From positions 1 through 55,037 of IMG/VR virus record IMGVR_UViG_3300005253_003498: 55,037 bases of DNA. One strand, given 5' to 3'. The DNA is from a virus. Lineage: Duplodnaviria > Caudoviricetes. The translations under genes were made by a program, and so were the position numbers. The notes under the pieces were generated by a model that had not been told where the DNA came from, did not search any database, and saw only the letters and a program-made list of their open reading frames with translations. Numbering within the stretch: position 1 is the first letter of the stretch; each line of letters begins with the position of its first letter. Shown piece after piece: positions 8,203 through 17,362 of the stretch.

Positions 8203-9435
8203 TTACGCAATCGTTCCGTGAACGATAGCGCACTTACGGCTTGACGTGCTCTGCCCAACATACTGAGATCGTAGATCAGGGACCTTGATCCCCATGACCC
8301 TCAACATCGTTTGAGCACCACCGTCCTTTGTCCATTGCACGGTCATGAAATCCATTCCATTCACGGCTCGTACAGTTTCACTGGTCATCTGCACTAGCAG
8401 CAGCTCATTAGCGCTCGTGAACATGTCAAGGGACACAACTCGTTTGATCTTCTTGATCTGCTCAACTCGCTGTAACACCGTCATCGTCGGAGCCGCAGCA
8501 TAACCCGTGTCAGCAAAAACGAAGTAATCCCTTGCCAGAAACTGATCCCAAGTAGTCGAGTAGTAGAGCACGAAGGGACCAAAATACTTCTGAGCTCTTG
8601 CAAGCTCGATCATCGCGATGATTTCATTCACGAACGTTTGAGCTACAAAGGACCCGCTAGTTGTAATGTCCGTCTTCGTGATTCTATCCGGCTGCGTCCT
8701 GAAGCCATAGATACCACGGTTAGAGAAGTCCGTTGACGACCCAATCTTCAGAGTGGAGTAGTCGACCATACCGATAGTCATCTTCTCCAAAGTCTCGGAA
8801 CACCTACGACCGGATGCCTCAATAAGAGAAGTGTCCAGAGGCATACTACCGTTACGAGACTGGGCCAGTCGACGCTGGGAGATACTAGCTCCAGCGTGGA
8901 TGATGGGCAGCGGCAGAATATCCGGGGTGAAGAGAGGGGCATCAGACATGTCATCCGATAGCGTGTCCATGTCCACCTTAGCATCTCCGGGATCAGTCAT
9001 CGTATCCTTAATCAAGGCCGTGACTGCCATACCATCGAAGCCACCGTATGTATTCGCAGCAGCAAGGTCATTCCAGGCATTAAGCCTATCCCTTGAAGCC
9101 TTGATGACGGCCCTATCGATCCGTTGCCAAGTGTGGTGGGGCAACGCCGAAGCGTTGAACGTAAACGGAACCATCCCGTTGTTGACGAGCGTTCGCAAAG
9201 GGATGTGCTTGCTCTCGGGCTCTTGTTCTCCGGCTTTGTTCGTGATAAACCGCCCGGTCTTTATCACACAATACTTATTCCCATCATTCTGAATGACGGG
9301 TCGTAGGATACCCGGATCGAATCCTACTCTCGATTCCAAGGTGAGTTGACCAGAAGCAATGCCTTTCGCGAGACTACCATGGCCCTCACCGTTGACAATA
9401 AAGTCAATCTCTACCTGATCAATGAATCCTGACAT
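8203..9435 (-). CDS. Major capsid protein (HK97 fold, encapsulin/Linocin-like family)
   Basis: Motifs WQRIDRAV, LPLPIIH, PLDT, GIYG, YFGPFVLY; position after the scaffold and decoration genes; strong RBS. Confidence 0.8.
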   Translation of the reverse strand: MSGFIDQVEIDFIVNGEGHGSLAKGIASGQLTLESRVGFDPGILRPVIQNDGNKYCVIKTGRFITNKAGEQEPESKHIPLRTLVNNGMVPFTFNASALPHHTWQRIDRAVIKASRDRLNAWNDLAAANTYGGFDGMAVTALIKDTMTDPGDAKVDMDTLSDDMSDAPLFTPDILPLPIIHAGASISQRRLAQSRNGSMPLDTSLIEASGRRCSETLEKMTIGMVDYSTLKIGSSTDFSNRGIYGFRTQPDRITKTDITTSGSFVAQTFVNEIIAMIELARAQKYFGPFVLYYSTTWDQFLARDYFVFADTGYAAAPTMTVLQRVEQIKKIKRVVSLDMFTSANELLLVQMTSETVRAVNGMDFMTVQWTKDGGAQTMLRVMGIKVPDLRSQYVGQSTSSRKCAIVHGTIA

Positions 9436-9494
9436 CGTTTCTTTCTCCTTCTGGAGGTTAGTTCTCCGTGAAGCTGATTGCTAGCTATATGAGG

Positions 9495-10004
9495 TTACGC
9501 GCCACCCTCACCGTTGAACCGACACCAAATCCAGTGATCTGCCGTGGGATCGGTCACAACTTCCAAAGCGGTGAACGGGTGCGCTTCCGCATTGGAATCA
9601 GCGGTTAGAAGTTTACCAGTGCCGTCGTCAACCATCATCTCTTCCCCGATGGCAAAATCGTCGCCAGTGCCAGCAACATCCTCAACGAGGATATTAAATT
9701 GCTCACCCATGACGGGCCAGTAGATCCTGCCCAGCTCGTCGTCTACGTAGGACCGCGAGTAGATGCCACCCTGCTGATCGTACTCAAGCAGAATCGCGAT
9801 GGCCTTGCGGTCACCGTCGTTTGAGACGTACTGACCACTACTTGCGGCCTGCGTACCGTAGACGGCATAGTGGAAGAGGCCACCGACTTCAGCCGTAGTC
9901 GGCTCAATCTCCATTATCGTTCCAGGCTTTGGGGTGCCGACGACATACACGTCCTCAAATACACCGCGCGGCTTTGACGTAACAAGAATTCGTGTCCCCT
10001 TCAT
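9495..10004 (-). CDS. Capsid decoration / cement protein
   Basis: PKPG..DDGTGKL motifs; located between the DUF2213 and capsid genes. Confidence 0.6.
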   Translation of the reverse strand: MKGTRILVTSKPRGVFEDVYVVGTPKPGTIMEIEPTTAEVGGLFHYAVYGTQAASSGQYVSNDGDRKAIAILLEYDQQGGIYSRSYVDDELGRIYWPVMGEQFNILVEDVAGTGDDFAIGEEMMVDDGTGKLLTADSNAEAHPFTALEVVTDPTADHWIWCRFNGEGGA

Positions 10005-10066
10005 GGGATTCTCCTATTTGAAAGTCATGTTTGTTTCGATAAGTGAGTCCTGGCCGCCAGAGGCTC

Positions 10067-11575
10067 TCAGTTCTTGTCCGACTCATCTTTGATGTAGTCG
10101 TTAGGCAAACCGAACGGCGCAAAGTTTTCCTCTGCGTTAGATGAAGATGACCCGGGAGCCGGTGACCCAGACCAGTTGGCTACGGGCACTTGCTTGTCCT
10201 CAGGTAGAATGGCAACCATGTCTTGAAGATCACCGAGGCTCTTCTTCAGGAACCTATCAGACAATCGTGCTTGGTGCTGTTCGTCCTTGACGTTTGCCAC
10301 GAGTTGCTTGACAAGCGCACTCTTCTGCTTGCTCTTCTCAGCACGCGCAAACTCCAGATCCTCTCGCACGCTCTCAGGCGCCGTCGCCAACCACTCAGCC
10401 TCAGTCGGTGGAGCGTTCTGGTTTGCTACGGGTTCCTTCTCCTTTTCCTTCGGCTTCATCACCCAATCGTTCTTCTCCTCGCTCCAGACATGGTTGTTGC
10501 CACCCGGATCGGTAACCCCCTTCTTCATGGCGTTCGTGAGAACCTCGTGCCGCTTCTTTTCAGCGACCTCCTTTTCGCCGTGCTCCTTCATCGCAGTCAG
10601 CTTGTTATCACTGAGAGCACTGAGCATCTCCCGATCCTCTTCTTCCCAACAGCATGTATTGGCAATGAGGTCATCCACGATCTTTTTCTTTTGGTTGTCG
10701 CTAAGAGACATCTTCTGTCCTCCAGTGTTTGTAGTTACCTTCCACTGAGTAATTCTTGTAACTTCAACAGGAAGCAGATCACTCAGGGACACTTTGTCTT
10801 TTGCTCTTGAAAACCCTAACCGAAAATGCTTTCCGTTGAAAGCATAGATCACTTTATTCTGGAATGTATCGACCACCCAGGGATCTTCCACGTCAGTTGA
10901 TCCACTACCAAATCGCTCCTTGAGCTTCACACTAAGACTTGTGCGTAGGTCATCGTGCGACAGCTCATTATCGGTAATCCCCAACAACTGATTGATCTTC
11001 CCAATCGCGCTTGCGTTGATGGAGTTTGCTAACACCCCACAACCATCTTCTAGCGAGCAGGCTCCAACCTGATCAAGTAGAATCGCTAGATGGTCTGGAC
11101 GGTAGTTGCGAGCAATGAAGGAATAAGGAGTTCCATTGAAAGCTGCTCCTTTGTCTACCGGCTCACTCGTGGCAATCAGCCCCGTGCTCAATTCAATCGG
11201 CTTTCCTGCCTCAAGAGATTGCATGATACGATCATCTACCTGCGACGTCTTCTCAACATCAAACCAACCTTCGGCAGTCAACTTGCCGTTGGCGTTAGCT
11301 TGAAACAGATGCCCAACACCTTGCGCATCAAGTATACTAGGACTACGAGCGGAGACGAATTGACCACTATCGTCTACCGGATGGTCAACCACCAACGGAA
11401 TGCCATTCCAGGCATCTACGTTCTTGGCAATCTCATCAGACGAATATAGCAGTGGACCACAAGAACCGTTGAGAACTCCCGGAACGATAAGCGTTACAGG
11501 AGCTACGAGAAATTGCCTACCGTCGAACGTCTCTCGACGGGTTTTCCCAGCTAGGTTAGATACGAGCGTTTCCAT
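10067..11575 (-). CDS. DUF2213-type prohead protease / scaffold
   Basis: PLVVDHP, ELSTG and PDHLAILLDQVGACS motifs; charged coiled-coil C-terminus. Confidence 0.8.
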   Translation of the reverse strand: METLVSNLAGKTRRETFDGRQFLVAPVTLIVPGVLNGSCGPLLYSSDEIAKNVDAWNGIPLVVDHPVDDSGQFVSARSPSILDAQGVGHLFQANANGKLTAEGWFDVEKTSQVDDRIMQSLEAGKPIELSTGLIATSEPVDKGAAFNGTPYSFIARNYRPDHLAILLDQVGACSLEDGCGVLANSINASAIGKINQLLGITDNELSHDDLRTSLSVKLKERFGSGSTDVEDPWVVDTFQNKVIYAFNGKHFRLGFSRAKDKVSLSDLLPVEVTRITQWKVTTNTGGQKMSLSDNQKKKIVDDLIANTCCWEEEDREMLSALSDNKLTAMKEHGEKEVAEKKRHEVLTNAMKKGVTDPGGNNHVWSEEKNDWVMKPKEKEKEPVANQNAPPTEAEWLATAPESVREDLEFARAEKSKQKSALVKQLVANVKDEQHQARLSDRFLKKSLGDLQDMVAILPEDKQVPVANWSGSPAPGSSSSNAEENFAPFGLPNDYIKDESDKN

Positions 11576-11581
11576 GCCCGA

Positions 11582-11611
11582 AGTTTATAGCTTATCCTCA
11601 ACCCGTGTAAA
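11582..11611 (-). promoter_or_regulatory. Candidate sigma70-like promoter, probably leaderless, for the scaffold-capsid operon
   Basis: TTTACA-18-TAAACT with the ATG 6 nt downstream and no SD. Confidence 0.35.
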
Positions 11612-11672
11612 GGCCAACCTGTAAGGTTTAACGCTTATACGTTAAGGACCTAAGCCCATACACAGCGGCAAC

Positions 11673-11957
11673 TTAGGTGCGGCGGGAGATTATTTTGACG
11701 TGGCGGTAGTGAATAGCTCTTTTGTGCAATTCGCAGATGATGTCTTCTCCCCTTAGCCGCAGCGTCTTACGGATGTTGCAGATATGGACTCTCACCGCAG
11801 ACAGCTCAGTCATCTCATCTGGCAAGCATCCATGTAACTCCTTGCGCGTGTGCGGCTGCCCGTCTGCGAGCACACAGAGGATAGCGTTCTGAGTCTTCGT
11901 AAAACTGTTGTCAGTCACGCTAGTAGATCCTATCTGGAAGGTGTTCGGGGGGATCAT
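11673..11957 (-). CDS. Winged-helix (OmpR/Trans_reg_C-like) DNA-binding protein
   Basis: FTKTQNAILCVL...TRKEL...AVRVHICNIRKTL. Confidence 0.65.
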   Translation of the reverse strand: MIPPNTFQIGSTSVTDNSFTKTQNAILCVLADGQPHTRKELHGCLPDEMTELSAVRVHICNIRKTLRLRGEDIICELHKRAIHYRHVKIISRRT

Positions 11958-12153
11958 CTTGAAAGATTACCGTTCCACCTAGCAGATCGATAGCCCTCTC
12001 CGCGATCGTCAGGTCCGGATTTGGATACTCAGGGCCGATGTCCTCCGTGGGTATCTCAGTGTTCAGTCTCTTAGCCAGTTGCTTGTCATCTGAGTCCCAA
12101 CGTCTATCCTCGACTATTGCAAGGCTCCCCCCAAAATCAACTACAACTCTCAT
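11920..12153 (-). CDS. Small acidic protein, candidate immunity protein for the MuF C-terminal domain
   Basis: Translationally coupled immediately downstream of the long MuF gene. Confidence 0.45.
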   Translation of the reverse strand: MRVVVDFGGSLAIVEDRRWDSDDKQLAKRLNTEIPTEDIGPEYPNPDLTIAERAIDLLGGTVIFQDDPPEHLPDRIY

Positions 12154-15100
12154 AGGAAATCTCCTCTTACAATACTAGCTATAAAATCAAATAGCCCTTT
12201 GTCGTCCTTAGCCAACTTCAATGGGTTCGTCGCGTATTCCGCCAGCCCCATCGACACTACTTCAGTGCTTCCATAACTGTACACCTTCCCTATATAGTTA
12301 CTCGTCCACTTCCCTCCATCAGTTCTAGGCTTATAGAATTCAGTAAGACCATAATTTTCTCCTAGGTGTATTTGCTCCGCCCCCTTAGTTCTCCTGTGGA
12401 GGAAATCTTGAGCAGCTTTCGTATTCTTGCGTTTACGTCCTTCTAACCAGTGACCCATCTCATGTATCATCGTCTTTTTGTTAGCAGCCGTGTCAACACT
12501 AGCACCAAAAGCATTATAATGGCTACGGCCTTTGATGTCATTCACAACGAGCGTCGTGTTGTCCAACACCTCTTTTGTCACCACATCTTCAAACGCCTTT
12601 ACACCATCCTTGACAGTTTTCTGAGCGCCCTTGTAACTGATCTTAACTTTTGACCGAGCGTCCGGGTTCAGTCGTACCAGCTTCTTCATCGCTAGCTCAT
12701 CTACCTTGTTTAGTTTCCTGATGCCTGCCTCAAAGTTCCCAAGAGCTTTACCATGTTTTTGCAACTCTTGCTTAGCTGCTTTCGTAGCTATAGGGTCCTT
12801 GACTGCTGCCAAAGTTTTCATTTTGTTCCTAGCCGCAACGACCTCAGGATGATCCCAAGCAGATCCTCTCAAGACAACATGAAGATCCACCTTAGCAGCC
12901 ACGTACGCCTTCTTATCCACCATATCTCTTACCAGATCATTGTACCTAGCCTTCGCCTTTCCGTGAGCAGTATTCAGTCCTCTTCTTGTAGCTCTCTCCT
13001 TGATCCCTCTAGCAACACCCTTGTCAACTATCAATGTCGCCTCATCCGCCACGGCCTGCCCTGTTAGATATCCTTTAGGGCTAGGTAACTTCGTATCCGG
13101 CACAAACGGCTTAGGCTTAGGCTTGACTGCAATCCCTGCAGGCTCAGGCTTAGTCCTAGGTTTTGGTCCAGGCTTAGGGGGCTTTGGCTTAGGCTTAGGC
13201 TTAGGCTTGACTCCACCACCCTTTGCTCGCTTTTTAGCTATAGCCTTGAGTTCAGCCAGCCGTTTACGAACTTGCTCAACTTCCAAGACTTCCACATTAG
13301 TTGCCGCCCCTAGTTTGATCTTCTTGTTCAACGAAGTACGAATCTTCGCGAGCCGACCAAACTCCAATCTCTCGGCCTTAGTGAACTGTTCAGTAATCTC
13401 CCGTGGAAGACTCTTTACAACACCAGGGCCAATCTTCCTTGTCAATCTTAACGGTGGCTTCTCAATAGGAACCCAAGCCTTGATTTTTTCTTGCCCCCGG
13501 GATCTTGCTAATGCTGCCCTATGCCTACCATCGTAGATAGTCCCGTCTCTACCAACGATAATTTCTCCCTTTCGTAGATTAGCTCTACCGGCTATCACGT
13601 CAATATCGTCCAAACCCTTCAGGTCCGCTATACTGACTTCAGCAGACACAAAGAACTCCGACTCCTTCGCTAAGTCCCGCTTGATAGCTTGTATATCAAG
13701 CGCAGCATCCGTATTCTGGTCCATAATTTCGGCCACTCGACCAGACGGAAGTTTCTTCCCAGGTGTATTTGTAGGTAAAATCAAATCAGGCTTTACTCTC
13801 GTAGGAGCTTCTTCTTTAACCTTCACCTTTGGAGCGTCTAACACACTCTTCGGCCGTACCTTTACAATTCTCTTATCCGCTCCAGGCCATGGCGACCTAT
13901 CCTTCTGTTCCGCTAGAGTGCGCCTACTGCGCTTTGGCATCTCAGCCCGGATTGAGTCGTTGCGCGCTTTCTGCACCTTCGCCTTACCACGAATCTGACC
14001 CTTCTTAGACTCACCGACGTTCGCCGGGATGAAACTACACCTACAATTCGGATGTCTCGGGAGGATACCTCTAGCCTCCTTGATCTTCAGCACGGTGCTC
14101 TCAAGTGGTTGACAGAGCTGGCACACACGGTCATCACCAGCCGTGCTCCACTCCACCATCACACCAACCTCAGTCACACCCAACGACTCTAAGGCATCTA
14201 ATTGGCCCTCTGCGTGCGCGCGTATGGTCTCAGTCCTGGCTATCGTCAATGCCCTAGATTGTATGCCGCGCCTCTTTGTAAATCCGATACCCTCCTTGAT
14301 CATCGTCCTAGCTATACCACGAGGGTTCTGACCCATAGCAAGTCCCTGAGCCAGAGCCTGCGTCATTTTCGTGCTTATCGTGCTAGAAATACCCTCCAGG
14401 CTGGTAAACACTCTTCCTGCAAGGAGCTTAACCTTTTGAATTGCAACAGGTCTACCAAACGATTGCCGTAGAAACTCCTCACGAGTGCCTCGAAAGAACT
14501 CCCCCTCTTTACCGCTCCAAAGAGCAGGCTTACGCACGTCGTCAAACGCTCTACCCGCCCCCTTCTTGTAAGCCTCTTCAACGAAGCTGGTCCAGTAGGC
14601 ATCCTCTAGACTAGTCTGAGCCACCAAAATGTCGGCTTCGACTTGCGTACCTATCCACTTACGAAACGACTCAACCTTTTGTGGATCAGTCTGAAAAGCC
14701 CATCGCGTATTGCCGACTATCTCTCTAGGGGTATATACTTCTCCAGCAGCGCTACCAGCTCCGACATCTTCTCGGTTGTTCTTTTCTTCATCTCGCCTAT
14801 CTCCGTTAATTGGTTTCCTACTGTTTCCAATGCTCCTAACCTCTTCTTTTCCAATGTCGCAACACTCATCTCCGTTAGTTGGTCTACCTTCTTCTCCAAC
14901 TCCTCCAGCTTCACCCACAGATCCAGCGTTGAATAGGTCATCGCCTTGCTCCTTGTTACTTACTGTAAATTCACCTGTTCTGGTCTTCAGACCGAACGCA
15001 TCTTCTACTTCCACTAGCTGCCGTACTTTCCTGGCAATTATAATCAAGCGCCTACGGATCTCCGTCTCGAACATTCTACGGAGCGTAGTCGTCCTTGTAG

Positions 15101-15281
15101 GATCGGCTTTCAGCGGATTGCCCGGAACGATTGTAGTACGGTTTTCAACGAAGCCGGATGCGCGTATCGCACTACCTTGTTTTGCAGCACGTGCTCGCGC
15201 GCCTACGCCAGTGTAACACTTGCCGGACTTCCCCCACTTCCAGCCTGGCTTACCGCCGATCTGGCATGATTGGACAGGCAT
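12150..15281 (-). CDS. Long MuF / SPP1 gp7-like head morphogenesis protein with ParB-like and HEXXH metallopeptidase-like extensions
   Basis: DPTRT, IARTETIRAH, DDRVCQLC and HPNCRC (MuF); IYDGRHR (ParB/Srx); PK-rich linker; IHEMGHWLE...TEVVSMG. Confidence 0.85.
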   Translation of the reverse strand: MPVQSCQIGGKPGWKWGKSGKCYTGVGARARAAKQGSAIRASGFVENRTTIVPGNPLKADPTRTTTLRRMFETEIRRRLIIIARKVRQLVEVEDAFGLKTRTGEFTVSNKEQGDDLFNAGSVGEAGGVGEEGRPTNGDECCDIGKEEVRSIGNSRKPINGDRRDEEKNNREDVGAGSAAGEVYTPREIVGNTRWAFQTDPQKVESFRKWIGTQVEADILVAQTSLEDAYWTSFVEEAYKKGAGRAFDDVRKPALWSGKEGEFFRGTREEFLRQSFGRPVAIQKVKLLAGRVFTSLEGISSTISTKMTQALAQGLAMGQNPRGIARTMIKEGIGFTKRRGIQSRALTIARTETIRAHAEGQLDALESLGVTEVGVMVEWSTAGDDRVCQLCQPLESTVLKIKEARGILPRHPNCRCSFIPANVGESKKGQIRGKAKVQKARNDSIRAEMPKRSRRTLAEQKDRSPWPGADKRIVKVRPKSVLDAPKVKVKEEAPTRVKPDLILPTNTPGKKLPSGRVAEIMDQNTDAALDIQAIKRDLAKESEFFVSAEVSIADLKGLDDIDVIAGRANLRKGEIIVGRDGTIYDGRHRAALARSRGQEKIKAWVPIEKPPLRLTRKIGPGVVKSLPREITEQFTKAERLEFGRLAKIRTSLNKKIKLGAATNVEVLEVEQVRKRLAELKAIAKKRAKGGGVKPKPKPKPKPPKPGPKPRTKPEPAGIAVKPKPKPFVPDTKLPSPKGYLTGQAVADEATLIVDKGVARGIKERATRRGLNTAHGKAKARYNDLVRDMVDKKAYVAAKVDLHVVLRGSAWDHPEVVAARNKMKTLAAVKDPIATKAAKQELQKHGKALGNFEAGIRKLNKVDELAMKKLVRLNPDARSKVKISYKGAQKTVKDGVKAFEDVVTKEVLDNTTLVVNDIKGRSHYNAFGASVDTAANKKTMIHEMGHWLEGRKRKNTKAAQDFLHRRTKGAEQIHLGENYGLTEFYKPRTDGGKWTSNYIGKVYSYGSTEVVSMGLAEYATNPLKLAKDDKGLFDFIASIVRGDFL
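14717..14941 (-). CDS. Nested out-of-frame coiled-coil protein inside the MuF gene
   Basis: Own SD AAGGAG 7 nt before the ATG; amphipathic helical sequence. Confidence 0.5.
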   Translation of the reverse strand: MTYSTLDLWVKLEELEKKVDQLTEMSVATLEKKRLGALETVGNQLTEIGEMKKRTTEKMSELVALLEKYIPLER

Positions 15282-15617
15282 CAGTCTACTCTTTCAAGTA
15301 ATTCTTCTGATTCAAGAATTTCTTTTACCAAAGAAGGGATACGATTAATATAATGAATGATCCCCCATCTTATACGAAATCTAATAAGTAAATCCGTTTG
15401 GTAATCCAACACAGCACCTTCTCTCGTGAATTCAGCTTTTCTACGTCCCTTGAATACTTTAGAAGGTAAGGTGTCTAATGACCTCCAATGTATAGAACTC
15501 CCAGTTGGAGACATTCCTACCACTTCCATACGACTCAAATAGACACCATCCAATCCTTTGAATACTCGCCAACCGATATCTCCAATCCTTATTTCAGGCA
15601 TCAGTCTACTCTCTCAA
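15275..15617. repeat. 23-bp direct repeats (15275-15297, 15595-15617) flanking ORF 15281..15601
   Basis: caggcatcagtctactct(t/c)tcaa, one mismatch. Confidence 0.85.
15281..15601 (-). CDS. Hypothetical protein
   Basis: 1-nt overlaps at both ends. Confidence 0.6.
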   Translation of the reverse strand: MPEIRIGDIGWRVFKGLDGVYLSRMEVVGMSPTGSSIHWRSLDTLPSKVFKGRRKAEFTREGAVLDYQTDLLIRFRIRWGIIHYINRIPSLVKEILESEELLERVD

Positions 15618-15891
15618 AAAAGAAACCTTTGAGCTTCTGCAAACTCAACTTATACACTCGAGGCGCATAGCCCTTTTTGGCTCTTGGATTTCGTTTAGAA
15701 GGCTTCCGCTGAAGACGATCCTTCCACCTATCTCTGATCTTCGCAGTCTCTTCTGCTATCTGATCAGGCGTCGGTAGGTACGTCCCGCGCTTTTCTCCAC
15801 TGTCACTATCACCTTTTAGATCCACCACGACTACCTCCCTGCTTTCCCTTTTCAAGCTCCTTACCCTCGTCGTCTTCGTCATCATCATCAT
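15601..15891 (-). CDS. Hypothetical basic protein
   Basis: YLPTPDQIAEETAKIRDRW helix motif; start position uncertain. Confidence 0.5.
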   Translation of the reverse strand: MMMMTKTTRVRSLKRESREVVVVDLKGDSDSGEKRGTYLPTPDQIAEETAKIRDRWKDRLQRKPSKRNPRAKKGYAPRVYKLSLQKLKGFFFERVD

Positions 15892-17326
15892 CTAAGATAG
15901 GATCAGCATCAGCAGCAGCTTCTAGTATAGCTGTTGCCTCTTCCGTAGTCAGTCCTAATATGTTAGTGTAGAACTCCATTGGGCGTAGCATCGCCTCAAC
16001 ACCACCCTGCACATACTTCGACAGTGCTTCAGTCTGCTTCACCGCAACAGTCGCCTTTTCATCAGCGCCCAGTGCGTCTAAGTCAGGCCAGACTACGTTG
16101 TAGCCTTTCGACGGCTTCGGGAGCACTCCTGTTACAATCAAGCGGTTAATGAACGGAACTATGATTCGCGGCGTAATGTACATCGCCTGCCGGAACCTCA
16201 GGCGGCCGTTCCAAGCCTTCATGTCTTGAGTAGACGCTAGTTGACCGCGCTCAGAACCCTCAAACACACGCTTCGGAATACCAATACGAATACAGATTGC
16301 TTTGATCTGCGCGTCAATCTGCGGCGTAGGATCAACTACTTGCGGAGCTAACGTGTTAGCCGTCACGCCAGACAGAGCCAGGTACCGCTGAAGGCCGTTC
16401 ATGTAGTTCTCTAGTTGAGACCGCGTATCCGCCGGATTAAGCCTTACATCACCACCTAACGACGGATGGGTTTCAATGCTCAGCCCCATGAAAGCACCGC
16501 GCCAGTACATTTCAGCAGAACCACCGTAGAGTTTGCGGAGATCAAGTAACCGATTCCACACAGGACGTTGTCTAGGTACTCCTATCGTCTCACTGCTACC
16601 GAGGTTGTCCGCTAAGTGAATGATCCTGGTCCAATGTACTCTTACTGTACCTAACAAAAGTCCACCACCACCCCTTGGATTGTTGAGCGTGATGCTGTAC
16701 ATCATAGGCTGCCCGAACCTAGAACTCGCAGGATCAGGGTCGTAGTCACTTGGAGAAATCTCAACCAGCGACTCATCGAATGCCCGCAAAAACAACAACT
16801 CCATGTTCTTACGTAGTTCAACAGGCTCGTTCAGCTCTTTCCCGTCATTGAATCCCAGCAATAGTACCCCGAAGGTACCAATACCGCTGAGCTCGTCAGC
16901 ACGGAGCAGATACTGCCAAACCGCGTTGTCTTCTTTGTCCTTATACCAGTTGTCACCACGCAATTTGTCCCCTACATCTGCCCATGCCTGCTCAAATGTC
17001 GTATCCTCAGTCTCAACCACAACCGGTGGAGACTGCCAGCACTCCTGTGAAAGCACTTGCACGACTCGTGTAGCAACAGGCTCACGGTCATACATCCTCT
17101 TGTACATCCCGCTCGTAATATCGTGAGTTTCAGGATAACCACAGTCATCGTTGATACTGCGCCGCGGGTCCATCATCTGCTTCATCATCTGCGTGCGTGA
17201 CAACAACAAGTTCGTTATCAGCTCCCGGTCAAAGTTACCGTTAGCAGAACTAGCCTGCTTCGTGCCACGGAATACTGACCCCGTTCTACTAGCAGACAGT
17301 GCAATAGATCGTGCTTTTCGCATCAT
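15809..17326 (-). CDS. Portal protein (DUF1073-like)
   Basis: RFGQPMMY, VHWTRIIH, IGIPKRVFEG and WPDL motifs; directly downstream of TerL. Confidence 0.85.
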   Translation of the reverse strand: MMRKARSIALSASRTGSVFRGTKQASSANGNFDRELITNLLLSRTQMMKQMMDPRRSINDDCGYPETHDITSGMYKRMYDREPVATRVVQVLSQECWQSPPVVVETEDTTFEQAWADVGDKLRGDNWYKDKEDNAVWQYLLRADELSGIGTFGVLLLGFNDGKELNEPVELRKNMELLFLRAFDESLVEISPSDYDPDPASSRFGQPMMYSITLNNPRGGGGLLLGTVRVHWTRIIHLADNLGSSETIGVPRQRPVWNRLLDLRKLYGGSAEMYWRGAFMGLSIETHPSLGGDVRLNPADTRSQLENYMNGLQRYLALSGVTANTLAPQVVDPTPQIDAQIKAICIRIGIPKRVFEGSERGQLASTQDMKAWNGRLRFRQAMYITPRIIVPFINRLIVTGVLPKPSKGYNVVWPDLDALGADEKATVAVKQTEALSKYVQGGVEAMLRPMEFYTNILGLTTEEATAILEAAADADPILDDDDDEDDEGKELEKGKQGGSRGGSKR

Positions 17327-17362
17327 AGTCCTTTTTCCTTCTAGCTCCTACGCTAACTCTAG

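Noticed and set aside
8203-9435. Encapsulin nanocompartment
   Set aside because: It sits in a complete terminase-portal-scaffold-neck operon, so it is the phage capsid.
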